Assembly (NCBI GenBank): GCA_938002015.1 | Contig: CALLAU010000056.1 | Coordinates: forward strand, 14,995-78,994 | Direction of reading: 5' to 3' | DNA: 64,000 nt | Origin: an uncultured Bdellovibrionales bacterium | GTDB taxonomy: Bacteria; Bdellovibrionota; Bdellovibrionia; Bdellovibrionales; UBA1609 | In this document: piece after piece, positions 29,001 to 39,031 of the stretch | How positions within the stretch are numbered: the first letter of the stretch is position 1 | How the letters are laid out: each line of letters starts with the position of its first letter | The notes under the pieces: model-generated | The model's input: only the letters and a program-made list of their open reading frames with translations | The model's database searches: none | What the model was told of the DNA's origin: nothing | Made by a program: the position numbers and the translations under genes

Positions 29001-29855
29001 AATGAGAATATTCTTTTAATCTATAATGCAGGGTTAGCTAATAAAGATTACATCAACACACTTTTGTTTAATCTAGGAGAACGTTATACAGGAATCTCTA
29101 CCCCATTTAATTATCAAATTTTTGACAGTAAAATAGTAACTGAACTTATAAAATCAGGTGACATCGAAACTCTATCACTTCTTGTTCACAAGGTTCTAAT
29201 TCCACATCCAGAGCCTTGGAGCCAAGATATCTCATATATAGAGCAACTTAAAAAGAGAGCGCCTGGATCAAACCGCCTCCTTGTCAAACTTCTATCCCAA
29301 GATAGTTGGAGTAGTTACTTTTATATAATTGAAGAGATGCTCGAAGAAGGAGACATCACGCCATTACAAATTGTCACCAATATTAGCGATGTCGATTTTT
29401 GGCTAAACCACTTAGACCTATTAATTAAACTCATAAATCTTGATTTACCTTCAACTAATACTCTTTTATTAAATATAGTAGCTCAGTCCAATAAGTTTTC
29501 TGTCCATATAGAAAAAATCATAAACGAGTTTCTAAAAACAAAACGCCCAAGTGTTAAAAAGAACCTACTTGAAAAATTCACTCACTTTGAATATGGGATT
29601 AATTCAATTAGTACTAGTTACTTAGCCAACCACCCAGATTTATTTATAAAAGTTCTACTTTCATACGACAACGCTAAATTCGCAAATACATTGATAAACC
29701 ATCAAATATGGTCCACTCACCCAGTACTAGTAAGCTTCCTTCAAACTGACGTCGTTAATTATAATGATCTAATACATGAGCTTGAAGCTAGGGATTTTCG
29801 CGCATGGTATCAAAACTATAAAAACACAAACGCATGTAAGACTATACTTCAATGA
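26094..29855 (+). CDS. Secreted multidomain protein: class II nucleotidyltransferase-like, ADP-ribosyltransferase-like, helical repeats
   Basis: Signal peptide; VYLFGG...DLDIVV; AHET...GDGFY...DFIVIN; about 33-35-aa W-containing repeats; paralog at 50971..53421. Confidence 0.7.
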   Translation: MYRLFLFILLFYVVAPLQSFAGVTPNNLSTSVERRMSRVPEFKFIQEEANKLGVKVYLFGGTASAFAHYVRWDLEREAGDEKYQEEKFDYDFTNIYRGNQDLDIVVDGTAEQAATLQQILKEKYPHFVGSKEAWEVRLLKAQVSDKLPLLDNPDFLNQHTDTNSTGMIAVNADPGEIIFRDLFSWENPDSRFLNDVAAGRIKFLFSDSHETTSRFKNGQNPPVFAAIRYLAKLSQYEVDEAEGDLEIIKKIIEGTYWDEVKNNSYVVHKLEEFGKKVLLNAPDSEYAWNLLEETGVRGRLIEMDGNRISSVESLSWWMSKEPLRTKPLGEGNGKTAAEIFKSHMNEDGEIVVAHETNSFEAYENITRSSHGAANAFISRRGISGEAAACGDGFYTRLGLKGARGTNLTIRFVLNPEAREGTDFIYDDDFIVINNKSALNKVPENLNVNFPTLLALLIEDSIKKSDQGTLIKLERRFERQEVSTEDIDQAYKILMGSPISKLPGSLALEMWFDQQNSTLQMYHGIFDKIIAEGSSTHLLWIVNNILVLPNWKNTDQYPRLYLKFIKGLLNSTKKPLSATMSALKHWFSLPYSLNLSNDILEYLIKERKYQWILNNIFVHSKWLSNSSGKKILFQLIEIAGEGSTLNFKLLTSQPHIKTNLPILKKLITFPKGASAVITNVLSGSRNNQHKELILHLIKSTTDHNLALIAKYVLSNDFWRTDDEITLTYLDRQTELIKMSKAYINAPSHKSNREVISRLVDLQNPTITKYLIENVLNQSGWHKYPEILQKTFDTEGSIELAIKKLFRLETWAKQLGIIRYIINLNNKKFTTALINNVFNRKHFFKNKEFYMQLVRQSRDFDTIITSNILSLNDFPYRDEIIKIFINERRALTQLITAISKSKNIDFVISMLKTGETKLVNSIIKQTNSNFYGDFDWLRKRPEIIPYFLLNENKHTHNLTSQLMINNPELQTNENILLIYNAGLANKDYINTLLFNLGERYTGISTPFNYQIFDSKIVTELIKSGDIETLSLLVHKVLIPHPEPWSQDISYIEQLKKRAPGSNRLLVKLLSQDSWSSYFYIIEEMLEEGDITPLQIVTNISDVDFWLNHLDLLIKLINLDLPSTNTLLLNIVAQSNKFSVHIEKIINEFLKTKRPSVKKNLLEKFTHFEYGINSISTSYLANHPDLFIKVLLSYDNAKFANTLINHQIWSTHPVLVSFLQTDVVNYNDLIHELEARDFRAWYQNYKNTNACKTILQ

Positions 29856-30496
29856 AAAGGAATATTAACCAAAAAATAGATCACACATTACTTAAACAAG
29901 ATTCAAATACAAATGCGATAAAGAAGCTTTGCGATGAAGCCATTAAGCACTGTTTTTACTCTGTCTGCATACCACCATCATACGCTTCCTTTGCTTTTAA
30001 TATTCTTAAAAACTCACAAATAAAGATTTGTACTGTCGTAGGCTTTCCACTTGGCTATAGCACCCTTTCTACTAAAATTTATGAAATGAATACCATGACT
30101 GAACTAGGTGTTGATGAGATTGATGTCGTCTTGAATATTGGAAACATCAAAAATACAAACTGGGATTTAGTTGAAGAAGAAATTAAGTGCCTGTCTAAAA
30201 ATAAAGGCAAAACTATATTAAAACTTATAATTGAATCCGGAGTTCTTGAGATATCTGAGATAATTCAAGTTTGTAAAATAACAAATAAATACCCTATAGA
30301 TTTCCTCAAAACATCCACTGGTTTTGCAAAAACAGGAGCCACAGTGGAAGCTGTCACCACAATGCGTGAAAATCTACGACCTGATATAAAAATAAAGGCT
30401 AGTGGAGGCATTAAGACGATTCAAGATGCTGAAAAATTCATTAAAATTGGAGCCGATAGACTTGGCTGCAGTTCAAGTGTAGAAATTATCTCATGA
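29852..30496 (+). CDS. deoC: Deoxyribose-phosphate aldolase
   Basis: IDHTLLK, VVGFPLG, KLIIE, FLKTSTGF, KASGGI. Confidence 0.96.
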   Translation: MKRNINQKIDHTLLKQDSNTNAIKKLCDEAIKHCFYSVCIPPSYASFAFNILKNSQIKICTVVGFPLGYSTLSTKIYEMNTMTELGVDEIDVVLNIGNIKNTNWDLVEEEIKCLSKNKGKTILKLIIESGVLEISEIIQVCKITNKYPIDFLKTSTGFAKTGATVEAVTTMRENLRPDIKIKASGGIKTIQDAEKFIKIGADRLGCSSSVEIIS

Positions 30497-31806
30497 GCAA
30501 AAACAAAGAATTAAGCCTTATTCCAACCGTTCTCATAAGAAAAGTTCAAGATCAAATTCCACTTACTAAAGAAGAGATCTTTGCACTTATAAAAGGCTTT
30601 CAAGACGAATCTGTTCCAGCTTACCAAATGTCAGCTTTGCTTATGGCAATCTATTACAAAGGAATTACAAAACAAGAAAAAGTTTGGCTTACTGAGGCTT
30701 TAATGAAATCAGGAGAGACCCTGTCTTGGCCTGATGAAAATTATATAGATAAACACAGCACAGGTGGCGTTGGAGATAAAGTAAGTATTATACTCGCTCC
30801 GCTTCTTGCCGCTATGGGCTTTAAACTTCCCATGATGGCCGGACGCGGACTTGGGCATACTGGCGGAACTATAGACAAACTAGAAAGTATTGGAGTTAAC
30901 ACGGGTCTTTCTATTGATGACTTTAAAAAATACACCAACGAAAATCAGTTTTGTATTATTGGACAGACTAAAGATATCTGCCCTGCAGATAAAAAACTTT
31001 ATGCTTTAAGAGATGTTACATGCACAGTCTCTTCTCTCCCACTTATCACAGCAAGTATTGTATCTAAGAAAATTGCTGAAGGTGTAAAAGGAATTGTTTA
31101 CGATGTAAAAACAGGTTCAGGTGCTTTTATGAAAGCAAAAGAAGACTCTATTACTTTAGCCGAGTCTTTAGTGGAAACTTCGAAAGGACTTGGAGCAAAG
31201 TCCATTGCTGTTATCACTGACATGTCTCAGCCCCTTGGCAGATATGTTGGAAACTCGCTTGAAATGTTTGAGTGCTTTGAAATTCTTGACAACAAAAAGC
31301 TTGCTTATAGTGATTATAAAGATACCAGTCTTGTCACACTTGAGTTAGCAGCAAGAATTACTGCGCTCATAAAGAATGTTGATTATAAAAAAGCGTATGA
31401 AACTGCAAAAACCAAATTACATGATGGCAGTACAAAAGAACTCTTATATAAAGCTTTAAAAAACCAAGGTTGGAATGGAGAAATTCCAAAACCTCAAGAA
31501 AAATTTCATGAATTTAAAGCTTCTAAAAGTGGTTATATTTCATCTTTTGATAACGAGCAAATCGGATGGGCCGGAGTTGCCCTAGGGGCTGGAAGAAAAA
31601 ACCTTCAATCTATTATTGATCCTCATGTTGGATTTTACTTTAATAAAAAAATCTCCTCATCAGTAAATGAGGGTGAATGTCTTGTTAAGGTTTATTATAA
31701 TGATCCAGACAAATTAAACGATGCTCTAAAACTTTTAGAAAACTCAATCATGATTACTGAAACTAAGACTGAAGAGCCTAAACTAATACAGGATATAATT
31801 AGTTAA
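30493..31806 (+). CDS. deoA: Thymidine/pyrimidine-nucleoside phosphorylase
   Basis: DKHSTGGVGDK, GRGLGHTGGTIDKLE, ALRDVT, SKKIAEG, DVKTGSGAFMK. Confidence 0.92.
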   Translation: MSKNKELSLIPTVLIRKVQDQIPLTKEEIFALIKGFQDESVPAYQMSALLMAIYYKGITKQEKVWLTEALMKSGETLSWPDENYIDKHSTGGVGDKVSIILAPLLAAMGFKLPMMAGRGLGHTGGTIDKLESIGVNTGLSIDDFKKYTNENQFCIIGQTKDICPADKKLYALRDVTCTVSSLPLITASIVSKKIAEGVKGIVYDVKTGSGAFMKAKEDSITLAESLVETSKGLGAKSIAVITDMSQPLGRYVGNSLEMFECFEILDNKKLAYSDYKDTSLVTLELAARITALIKNVDYKKAYETAKTKLHDGSTKELLYKALKNQGWNGEIPKPQEKFHEFKASKSGYISSFDNEQIGWAGVALGAGRKNLQSIIDPHVGFYFNKKISSSVNEGECLVKVYYNDPDKLNDALKLLENSIMITETKTEEPKLIQDIIS

Positions 31807-31828
31807 TAAAAAAATAGGGGAATTTAAA

Positions 31829-32641
31829 ATGCAAAAACTCAATGATGCTAAAGAATTTATTCAATCAAAAACAAATTTAAAACCAAAACTTAGTTTTGTT
31901 CTTGGCTCAGGCTTAAGTGATTTAGTTGAATCTATTAATGTTGAGATAAGTATTCCCTATTCTGAGATTCCACACTTCCCAAAATCAACCGTTGTAGGAC
32001 ACGCCGGAAACCTTGTCATTGGAAAGTATAACGACATAGACGTTATGCTCTTTCAGGGAAGAGTTCACTTTTATGAAGGCTATTCGCCTGAAGAAGTTGT
32101 CTTTCCTGTTAGATTATTTAAACTTTTAGGTGGAGAAGATATCATTTTAACAAACGCTTCAGGATCTTTAGAAAAAGATTGGCCCCCTGGTGATGTTATG
32201 ATCATAAAAGATCAATTAAACTTTTCAGGTTATAACCCACTTATTGGAACAAATTATGAAGAGCTTGGCCCAAGGTTTAATGACATGTCAGAGCCTTACT
32301 CTAAGAAAATATCAGCTCAGCTTTTTAAAGCTTGTCAGCAAGCTGAATTAAATACACACGAAGGCACTTATATTGGAGTGTCCGGTCCTTCTTATGAAAC
32401 ACCAGCTGAAATCAAAGCTTTTAAAGTCCTTGGAGCATCAGCTGTTGGTATGAGTACAGTTCCAGAGTGTATTGCCGCAAACCACGCTGGTTTAAATGTG
32501 GGCGGATTAAGCTGCCTCACTAACTTTGCAAGTGGAATCACAGACCAAGCTTTATCACACGATGAGGTTACTGAAACATCACTTGCTACTAAACCTAAAC
32601 TACTCACAGCTATTGGTCACTTTCTAGACTATTATGTCTAG
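31829..32641 (+). CDS. punA: Purine-nucleoside phosphorylase (trimeric PunA/XapA type)
   Basis: VLGSG, VVGHAG, GRVHFYEG, GPSYETPAE, VGMSTVPE, TNFASG. Confidence 0.92.
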   Translation: MQKLNDAKEFIQSKTNLKPKLSFVLGSGLSDLVESINVEISIPYSEIPHFPKSTVVGHAGNLVIGKYNDIDVMLFQGRVHFYEGYSPEEVVFPVRLFKLLGGEDIILTNASGSLEKDWPPGDVMIIKDQLNFSGYNPLIGTNYEELGPRFNDMSEPYSKKISAQLFKACQQAELNTHEGTYIGVSGPSYETPAEIKAFKVLGASAVGMSTVPECIAANHAGLNVGGLSCLTNFASGITDQALSHDEVTETSLATKPKLLTAIGHFLDYYV

Positions 32642-32714
32642 TCAAAACTGACTCAGCTCTAGTACACCTTTTTTTTAAATAAAACCTAGATTTCCCCTGA
32701 AAGCCACGCTAGCC

Positions 32715-33944
32715 TTGTATTTGGGGGATACACACTTGAAAAGCGCTTTTCTTATTTTCTTTTCTACACTTACCTTGCTTGGTTGCGATTTAAAATCCAC
32801 TCCTTCTTTAAGCGCTCTAAATAAAAAGTGTGCTGAAGGCAAAATCTCCGGCGAATACCTCATAGAACTTAAATCTGGTGAAATTCAAAAAGTTTATGCT
32901 TCTTCATATGAAGACCTTCTTTTAAAAATAAACACTCAAGCATTAGAAATTTCTGCTGTTGATTATAACTTCACTCATAAATCAAAAATATTTAGTAGAA
33001 TTGAACAACAAGCTCATCGCATCGGAATCGGGCAATACGGCCAAGATTTTATTAAAGCTCCAAATTTATGGGAACAAGATATTTTCGGTGAGAATGTCCT
33101 TATAGGAGTTATAGATACGGGCCTTGATATCAATCACACACTCTTAGAAAAACAAGTTTTTATTAATAAACTTGAAATGGGAAATGATGAAGATAAAAAT
33201 GGTTTTTTAAATGATGTTAATGGCTGGGACTTTGTAAATGATAGGCCACTTACAAATGATCTACAGGGTCACGGCACAGGAGTAACCAGTATCATAGCCG
33301 CTGAACACTTAAATGATATAAAAATTGGAGTTGCCCCTAAGTCTACTATTCTTCCTGTTGCAGCACTTAAACCAAGTGATGATGGAAGTGATGCTTCAGC
33401 AGATTCAAACCTTCTTGTTAAAGCAGTTGATTACGCAAGGTCCATGAACGTTGATATTATTAATGCAAGCTGGGGAGGAGATGGTTGTTCTCAGTTCTTA
33501 AGAAAGTCTGTTGAAAAAGCTGTTAATAACCAAATTCTATTTGTCACTTCTGCAGGTAATGACGGTGAGGATATTGATATTAATTTAGAATTTCCAAGCT
33601 CCTTTAACCTTCCCTTTGTGATTTCTGTAGGAGGAGTTGATGCGATGGGCCAAAGAGTAGGCTCAAGCAACTTTGGCTCGCGTTTAAAGTTCTTCGCTCC
33701 AGGCCTAGGAATTTTATCTGTTCGAAGCGGAGAAGATTTTAATTTTGCACTAACATCGGGCACAAGTATAGCCGCTCCCTTCATCACAGGCGCCCTAGCT
33801 CTGCTTAAAAGTGCCCTGCCTTCAGCTTCAAATAAAGAAGTTTTAAGAGCCCTTGAATTAAGCAATGATGACAGACTCATACCTGACCTAGAACAGGCAC
33901 TAGGCTTTCTGTTGGAAGATCAAAACACACCTATAAACCTCTAA
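32715..33944 (+). CDS. S8 subtilisin-like serine protease, lipoprotein
   Basis: Lipobox LLGC; triad IDTG, GHGT, SGTSIAAP; oxyanion SAGN. Confidence 0.9.
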   Translation: MYLGDTHLKSAFLIFFSTLTLLGCDLKSTPSLSALNKKCAEGKISGEYLIELKSGEIQKVYASSYEDLLLKINTQALEISAVDYNFTHKSKIFSRIEQQAHRIGIGQYGQDFIKAPNLWEQDIFGENVLIGVIDTGLDINHTLLEKQVFINKLEMGNDEDKNGFLNDVNGWDFVNDRPLTNDLQGHGTGVTSIIAAEHLNDIKIGVAPKSTILPVAALKPSDDGSDASADSNLLVKAVDYARSMNVDIINASWGGDGCSQFLRKSVEKAVNNQILFVTSAGNDGEDIDINLEFPSSFNLPFVISVGGVDAMGQRVGSSNFGSRLKFFAPGLGILSVRSGEDFNFALTSGTSIAAPFITGALALLKSALPSASNKEVLRALELSNDDRLIPDLEQALGFLLEDQNTPINL

Positions 33945-34049
33945 AATACGCTCTTTTTTTATACGTCTAAACTATTGAATATTTTCACTAATTAGGTAGA
34001 TTTCTCTCTTAAATATTGAGAAGTACTAACCACTAATGGAGCTTAATAT

Positions 34050-35354
34050 ATGAGTGATAAAAAAAGAGTCTATGTTTCTGATTTAAAAGACTATGTTGGA
34101 AAAGAAGTAACGCTTAGCGGTTGGGTTTATAATTTAAGAGCTTCAAGTAAAAAGATTAAATTCCTTGTTCTTCGCGATGGCTCTGGAATGTGCCAGTGCA
34201 TTTATTTTAAAGGTGAATGTGAAGATTCTGCTTTAGAAAACTTTGGAGAGCTTACTCAAGAAACAGCTGTTAAGGTTTTTGGAACTGTTAAAGAAGAACC
34301 GCGTAGTCCTGGTGGCTATGAACTTTCTGCAACTTCTTTTGAAATCTTATCTCCATCAGTTGATTACCCAATAACTCCAAAAGAGCACGGGACTGATTTT
34401 TTAATGAACCATAGGCATTTATGGTTAAGATCAAAAAAGCAACACGCAATTTTAAGAGTAAGAAGCGAGATTGTTAATGCTTGCAGAGAGTTTTTTGAAG
34501 TAAGAGATTTTGTTATGTGTGACACACCAATCTTTACACCATCAGCTTGCGAAGGAACATCAACTCTTTTTGAAACACAGTACTTTGATGATAAAGCCTA
34601 CCTTTCACAAAGTGGTCAGCTCTACAGTGAAGCTACGGCAATGGCACATGGGAAGGTTTATAATTTTGGCCCAACCTTTAGAGCTGAAAAATCAAAAACA
34701 AGAAGACATCTTATTGAGTTTTGGATGATTGAACCAGAAGTGGCTTTTAATGATTTAAACGACAATATGGAACTTGCTGAAGACTTTGTAAGTCATGTTG
34801 TTCAAAGAGTTATTAAAAATAAAGCTGAAGAATTAAAAGTTTTAGAAAGAGATACGACTAAGCTTGCAAACGTTAAAGGAAAATTCCCAAGACTTCATTA
34901 CAAAGAAGCTGTAGAAATCATAAAAAAAGAGAACCCTGGTTTTATTGATGGAGATGATTTTGGTGCTCCTGATGAAACAATTGTAAGTTCGCATTTTGAT
35001 AAACCTGTTTTTGTTCATAACTACCCAAAAGCCATTAAAGCTTTTTATATGAAAGAAGACCCTAATAACTCAGATGAGAGTTTAAGTTGTGATCTTTTAG
35101 CAACTGATGGCTATGGAGAGCTTATTGGAGGCGGGCAAAGAGAAGATGACTATCTTACACTTTTACAAAAAATTAAAGAACATGAATTAGATCCAAAAGA
35201 TTTTGATTGGTACCTAGATTTAAGAAAATATGGCTCTGTTCCTCATTCAGGTTTTGGCATGGGACTTGAGAGGTGTGTGGCATGGATCACTGGAATCAAT
35301 CACGTTAGAGAAAGCATTGCCTTTCCAAGACTTTATGGAAGAAACAGACCTTAA
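34050..35354 (+). CDS. asnS: Asparagine--tRNA ligase
   Basis: OB fold, RHLWLRS, LSQSGQLY, FRAEKSKTRRHL.EFWM.EPE, GGGQRE, GMGLER. Confidence 0.95.
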   Translation: MSDKKRVYVSDLKDYVGKEVTLSGWVYNLRASSKKIKFLVLRDGSGMCQCIYFKGECEDSALENFGELTQETAVKVFGTVKEEPRSPGGYELSATSFEILSPSVDYPITPKEHGTDFLMNHRHLWLRSKKQHAILRVRSEIVNACREFFEVRDFVMCDTPIFTPSACEGTSTLFETQYFDDKAYLSQSGQLYSEATAMAHGKVYNFGPTFRAEKSKTRRHLIEFWMIEPEVAFNDLNDNMELAEDFVSHVVQRVIKNKAEELKVLERDTTKLANVKGKFPRLHYKEAVEIIKKENPGFIDGDDFGAPDETIVSSHFDKPVFVHNYPKAIKAFYMKEDPNNSDESLSCDLLATDGYGELIGGGQREDDYLTLLQKIKEHELDPKDFDWYLDLRKYGSVPHSGFGMGLERCVAWITGINHVRESIAFPRLYGRNRP

Positions 35355-35395
35355 AGCTTAAAGGAATTTACTTAAAAAAATTATGAGGAGGCCTT

Positions 35396-36952
35396 ATGGA
35401 AGTAAGCCACGATCAACAGTTAGATAAATTAGACAACCGTAACCAGGAAGCTCTTTCTAGTGGTGGAAAAGAACGAGTTGAAAAGCATAAAAAAGGCGGA
35501 AGACTTACTGCAAGAGAAAGAATTAACGTTCTTCTTGATCCGGCATCTTTTGTAGAGCTTGATAGATTTGTTACCCATAGGTGTACAAATTTTGATATGG
35601 ATAAGAAAAAGCACTACGGTGATGGAGTGATCACTGGCTATGGACGAATAAACGGTCGTCTTGTTTATGTGTATAGCCAAGACTTCACAGTTTTTGGTGG
35701 AAGTATGTCGAGAACAACTGCTAATAAAATCTGTAAGGCCATGGACCTAGCTGCAGAAAATGGCGCTCCTATGATTGGAATATGTGATTCAGGTGGCGCA
35801 AGAATTCAAGAAGGTGTTGAAGCTTTAGGAGGGTATGGAGATATTTTCTTTAGAAACACAAGATTCTCTGGTCTTATCCCACAAATCTCAGCAATTATGG
35901 GTCCTTCTGCTGGTGGAGCCGTTTACAGCCCATCACTAACTGATTTTACTTTTATGGTTAAAGACACAAGTTACATGTTTGTAACAGGACCTGATGTTAT
36001 TAAAACTGTAACTCACGAAGAAGTTACAAAAGAAGATCTTGGTGGAGCTGAAACACATAATAGAAAATCAGGTGTAGCTCATTTTGCAGCAGAAGATGAT
36101 AAGAATTTACTACTCTTAATTCGTGAGCTTTTAAGTTTTATTCCAAGCAATAATTTAGATGACCCTCCAAAGCTTATAGCCCAAGACACTGTCGATGCGG
36201 CTGACCAGTCCATTAATGAGTTGATTCCTACAAATTCTAAAAAGCCTTATGACATCAAAGACCTTATTAAAAAAGTTGTTGATGAAAACTATTTTTTTGA
36301 AGTCCATCAACACTTTGCAGAAAACATTGTTGTTGGCTTTGCAAGATTAAATGGTCATTCCGTAGGAGTCGTGGCTAACCAACCACAAGTTCTTGCTGGA
36401 TGTTTAAATATTGATGCAAGTAGAAAAGCTGCAAGATTTATTAGATTTTGCGATGCTTTTAACATCCCAATAGTAAGCTTTGTTGATGTACCAGGCTTCT
36501 TGCCAGGAACAGAACAAGAGTGGAACGGTATTATTACTCATGGAGCAAAACTAGTTTATGCATACGCTGAAGCAACTGTTCCAAAAATCACAGTTATAAC
36601 AAGAAAAGCTTATGGCGGAGCTTATATCGTGATGTCTTCTAAACATATTGGTTCAGACATCAACCTTGCTTATCCTGGAGCAGAGATTGCAGTTATGGGG
36701 GCTGAAGGTGCTGTTAACATTATCTTTAGAAGAGATATTATGGGCGCTGATGATCCTGAGGCAACAAAAGCTGCTATTATGAATGACTATGAAGAAAAGT
36801 TTAATAACCCTTATGTAGCTGCAGAGCTTGGCTATATTGATGAAGTTATTGAGCCTTCTATGACAAGAAAAAGACTCATTGATTCAATTGAAATGCTTCA
36901 AAACAAAAGAGCGAAACTTCCACATAAAAAGCATGGAAGCTGCCCACTTTAA
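35396..36952 (+). CDS. pccB: Acyl-CoA (propionyl-CoA-type) carboxylase carboxyltransferase subunit
   Basis: [35 protein letters not shown]. Confidence 0.88.
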   Translation: MEVSHDQQLDKLDNRNQEALSSGGKERVEKHKKGGRLTARERINVLLDPASFVELDRFVTHRCTNFDMDKKKHYGDGVITGYGRINGRLVYVYSQDFTVFGGSMSRTTANKICKAMDLAAENGAPMIGICDSGGARIQEGVEALGGYGDIFFRNTRFSGLIPQISAIMGPSAGGAVYSPSLTDFTFMVKDTSYMFVTGPDVIKTVTHEEVTKEDLGGAETHNRKSGVAHFAAEDDKNLLLLIRELLSFIPSNNLDDPPKLIAQDTVDAADQSINELIPTNSKKPYDIKDLIKKVVDENYFFEVHQHFAENIVVGFARLNGHSVGVVANQPQVLAGCLNIDASRKAARFIRFCDAFNIPIVSFVDVPGFLPGTEQEWNGIITHGAKLVYAYAEATVPKITVITRKAYGGAYIVMSSKHIGSDINLAYPGAEIAVMGAEGAVNIIFRRDIMGADDPEATKAAIMNDYEEKFNNPYVAAELGYIDEVIEPSMTRKRLIDSIEMLQNKRAKLPHKKHGSCPL

Positions 36953-36975
36953 TATTTTAATAAGGATGATATTTT

Positions 36976-38475
36976 ATGTTTAAAAAAATACTTGTAGCAA
37001 ATAGAGGAGAAATCGCTGTCCGTGTCACTCGAGGTGCTCGAGAGATGGGGATTGAAACTGTTGCTGTTTATAGTGAAGCTGATAGAACAAGCCTTCATGT
37101 TCTTTTAGCTGATGAAGCTTACTGCATAGGCCCTGCACCTAGTGTCGATTCTTACTTAAGAATCGATAAAATTATTGAAGTTGCTAAAAAATCTGGAGCT
37201 GAAGCAGTTCACCCAGGCTATGGTTTTTTAAGTGAATCTGCGGCATTTGCTGAAGCCTTAGAAAAAGAAGGTATCACATTTATTGGGGCCACTTCAGATA
37301 ATATTAAGGCTATGGGTGATAAACTTAACTCTCGTGAGCTAATGAAAAAAGTGAATGTTCCTATAGTTCCTGGCAGTGATGACGCTGTTAAAGATTATGA
37401 AGAAGCTAAAGTGTGGGCTGAAAAAATTGGATATCCAATAATGATTAAAGCCTCTGCTGGTGGCGGAGGTAAGGGAATACGTGTTGTTACTGAAGAAAAA
37501 GATCTTGAAAACGGTTTTAGAGCAGCACAGTCAGAAGGGAAAAACTACTTTGGTGATGATAGAGTTTTTATGGAGCGCTTCATTCAAAATCCAAAACATA
37601 TTGAAATTCAAGTTTTTGGAGATACACATGGTAATGTAGTGCACCTTTTTGAAAGAGAATGCTCTGTTCAAAGAAGACACCAAAAAATTATTGAAGAAGC
37701 ACCTAGTATTTCAATGCCAGATGATGTGAGACAAAAAATGGGGGAAGTTGCAGTAACTGCAGCAAAATCCATTAATTATTTAGGGGCTGGAACAGTTGAG
37801 TTTATCTTTGATAATACAACTAAAGAGTTCTTCTTTATGGAAATGAACACAAGGCTTCAAGTTGAACATCCTGTGACTGAAGCTGTAACGGGCGTAGACT
37901 TAGTACAAGAGCAGATCAGAGTAGCTTACGGAGAACCTTTAAGTGTTAAGCAAGAGGACATAAAGCAAAAAGGTCACGCCATTGAAATGAGAATTTGTGC
38001 TGAAGACCCTACAACTTTTCTTCCAAGTGCCGGTAAAATTTTAAGATGCAGAATACCACAAGGGCCTTTCATAAGGTGGGATGGGTATATGTATCAAGGT
38101 TATGAAGTTCCGATACATTATGACCCAATGATTGCTAAACTTATCGTATGGGGAAAAGACAGAGAAGCATGTATTGAAAGACTTAAAAGAGCACTTTCAG
38201 AGTTTTCAGTTACTGGTATTAAATCAAACACTATCTTACACAAAAATATCGTAGACCATCCAAAATTTCTAGATGGCTCATACACTACACAATTTGTTGA
38301 TAAAGAACTTGTAACTAGTGATCAAAAAACATTTTTTAAATATGTAAATGATGAAGTCTTTCTTATTGCTGCAGCGATTTCAGCTTATGAAGAAAATAAA
38401 AAGAAACAAGTTGGTAACATTTCCTCAATGGGAAAATGGCGCCAGGTCATTAGACAAGAAGTCTTAAAAAGATAG
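36976..38475 (+). CDS. accC: Biotin carboxylase subunit
   Basis: ANRGEIA, HPGYGFLSE, GGGGKG, ECSVQRRHQK, EMNTRLQVEH, YDPMIAKL. Confidence 0.9.
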   Translation: MFKKILVANRGEIAVRVTRGAREMGIETVAVYSEADRTSLHVLLADEAYCIGPAPSVDSYLRIDKIIEVAKKSGAEAVHPGYGFLSESAAFAEALEKEGITFIGATSDNIKAMGDKLNSRELMKKVNVPIVPGSDDAVKDYEEAKVWAEKIGYPIMIKASAGGGGKGIRVVTEEKDLENGFRAAQSEGKNYFGDDRVFMERFIQNPKHIEIQVFGDTHGNVVHLFERECSVQRRHQKIIEEAPSISMPDDVRQKMGEVAVTAAKSINYLGAGTVEFIFDNTTKEFFFMEMNTRLQVEHPVTEAVTGVDLVQEQIRVAYGEPLSVKQEDIKQKGHAIEMRICAEDPTTFLPSAGKILRCRIPQGPFIRWDGYMYQGYEVPIHYDPMIAKLIVWGKDREACIERLKRALSEFSVTGIKSNTILHKNIVDHPKFLDGSYTTQFVDKELVTSDQKTFFKYVNDEVFLIAAAISAYEENKKKQVGNISSMGKWRQVIRQEVLKR

Positions 38476-38500
38476 TTCGCACAAGAATAGAGGATATATT

Positions 38501-39031
38501 ATGTTTTTTGAAGCACTAGTAAATAAATCTCCATATAAAGTTACAGTTAATGAAGAGCGAAAGTCTTGGCTTATTTCAATTCAAGCAGATGAATCTGGTG
38601 AGTGGAAAGAAGTCTCTATTCCAAAAGAAGACTTTCAAATCTCTAGGGATGGACAAGTTAGTCTTATTTTAGATAACTCATCATACCTAATTGATATTAT
38701 ACCAGATGGAACTGACTACACAGTTTTTACTAGAGGATCTCACAGGAATGTTTCTATTCTTAATGATGAACGCATCCTTAGAGATAGTTTAATGGGTAGA
38801 CGCGGACTTGGAGGCTTAGAAAACTTAAAAGCAGGAATGCCTGGAAAAATTGTTAAGATCTTTGTTAAACCAGGTGATGTGATTAAAGAAGGAGATTCTC
38901 TTCTTATTATGGAAGCCATGAAAATGGAGAACGAAATGAAAGCCTCAAGTGATGTTACAATTGATAAAGTTCATATTAAAGAAGGCAACAGTGTTGAATC
39001 AGGGGCTTTACTTATATCTTTTAAGGAGTAG
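38501..39031 (+). CDS. Biotin carboxyl carrier protein
   Basis: MPGKIV and EAMKMENE biotinylation motif. Confidence 0.9.
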   Translation: MFFEALVNKSPYKVTVNEERKSWLISIQADESGEWKEVSIPKEDFQISRDGQVSLILDNSSYLIDIIPDGTDYTVFTRGSHRNVSILNDERILRDSLMGRRGLGGLENLKAGMPGKIVKIFVKPGDVIKEGDSLLIMEAMKMENEMKASSDVTIDKVHIKEGNSVESGALLISFKE

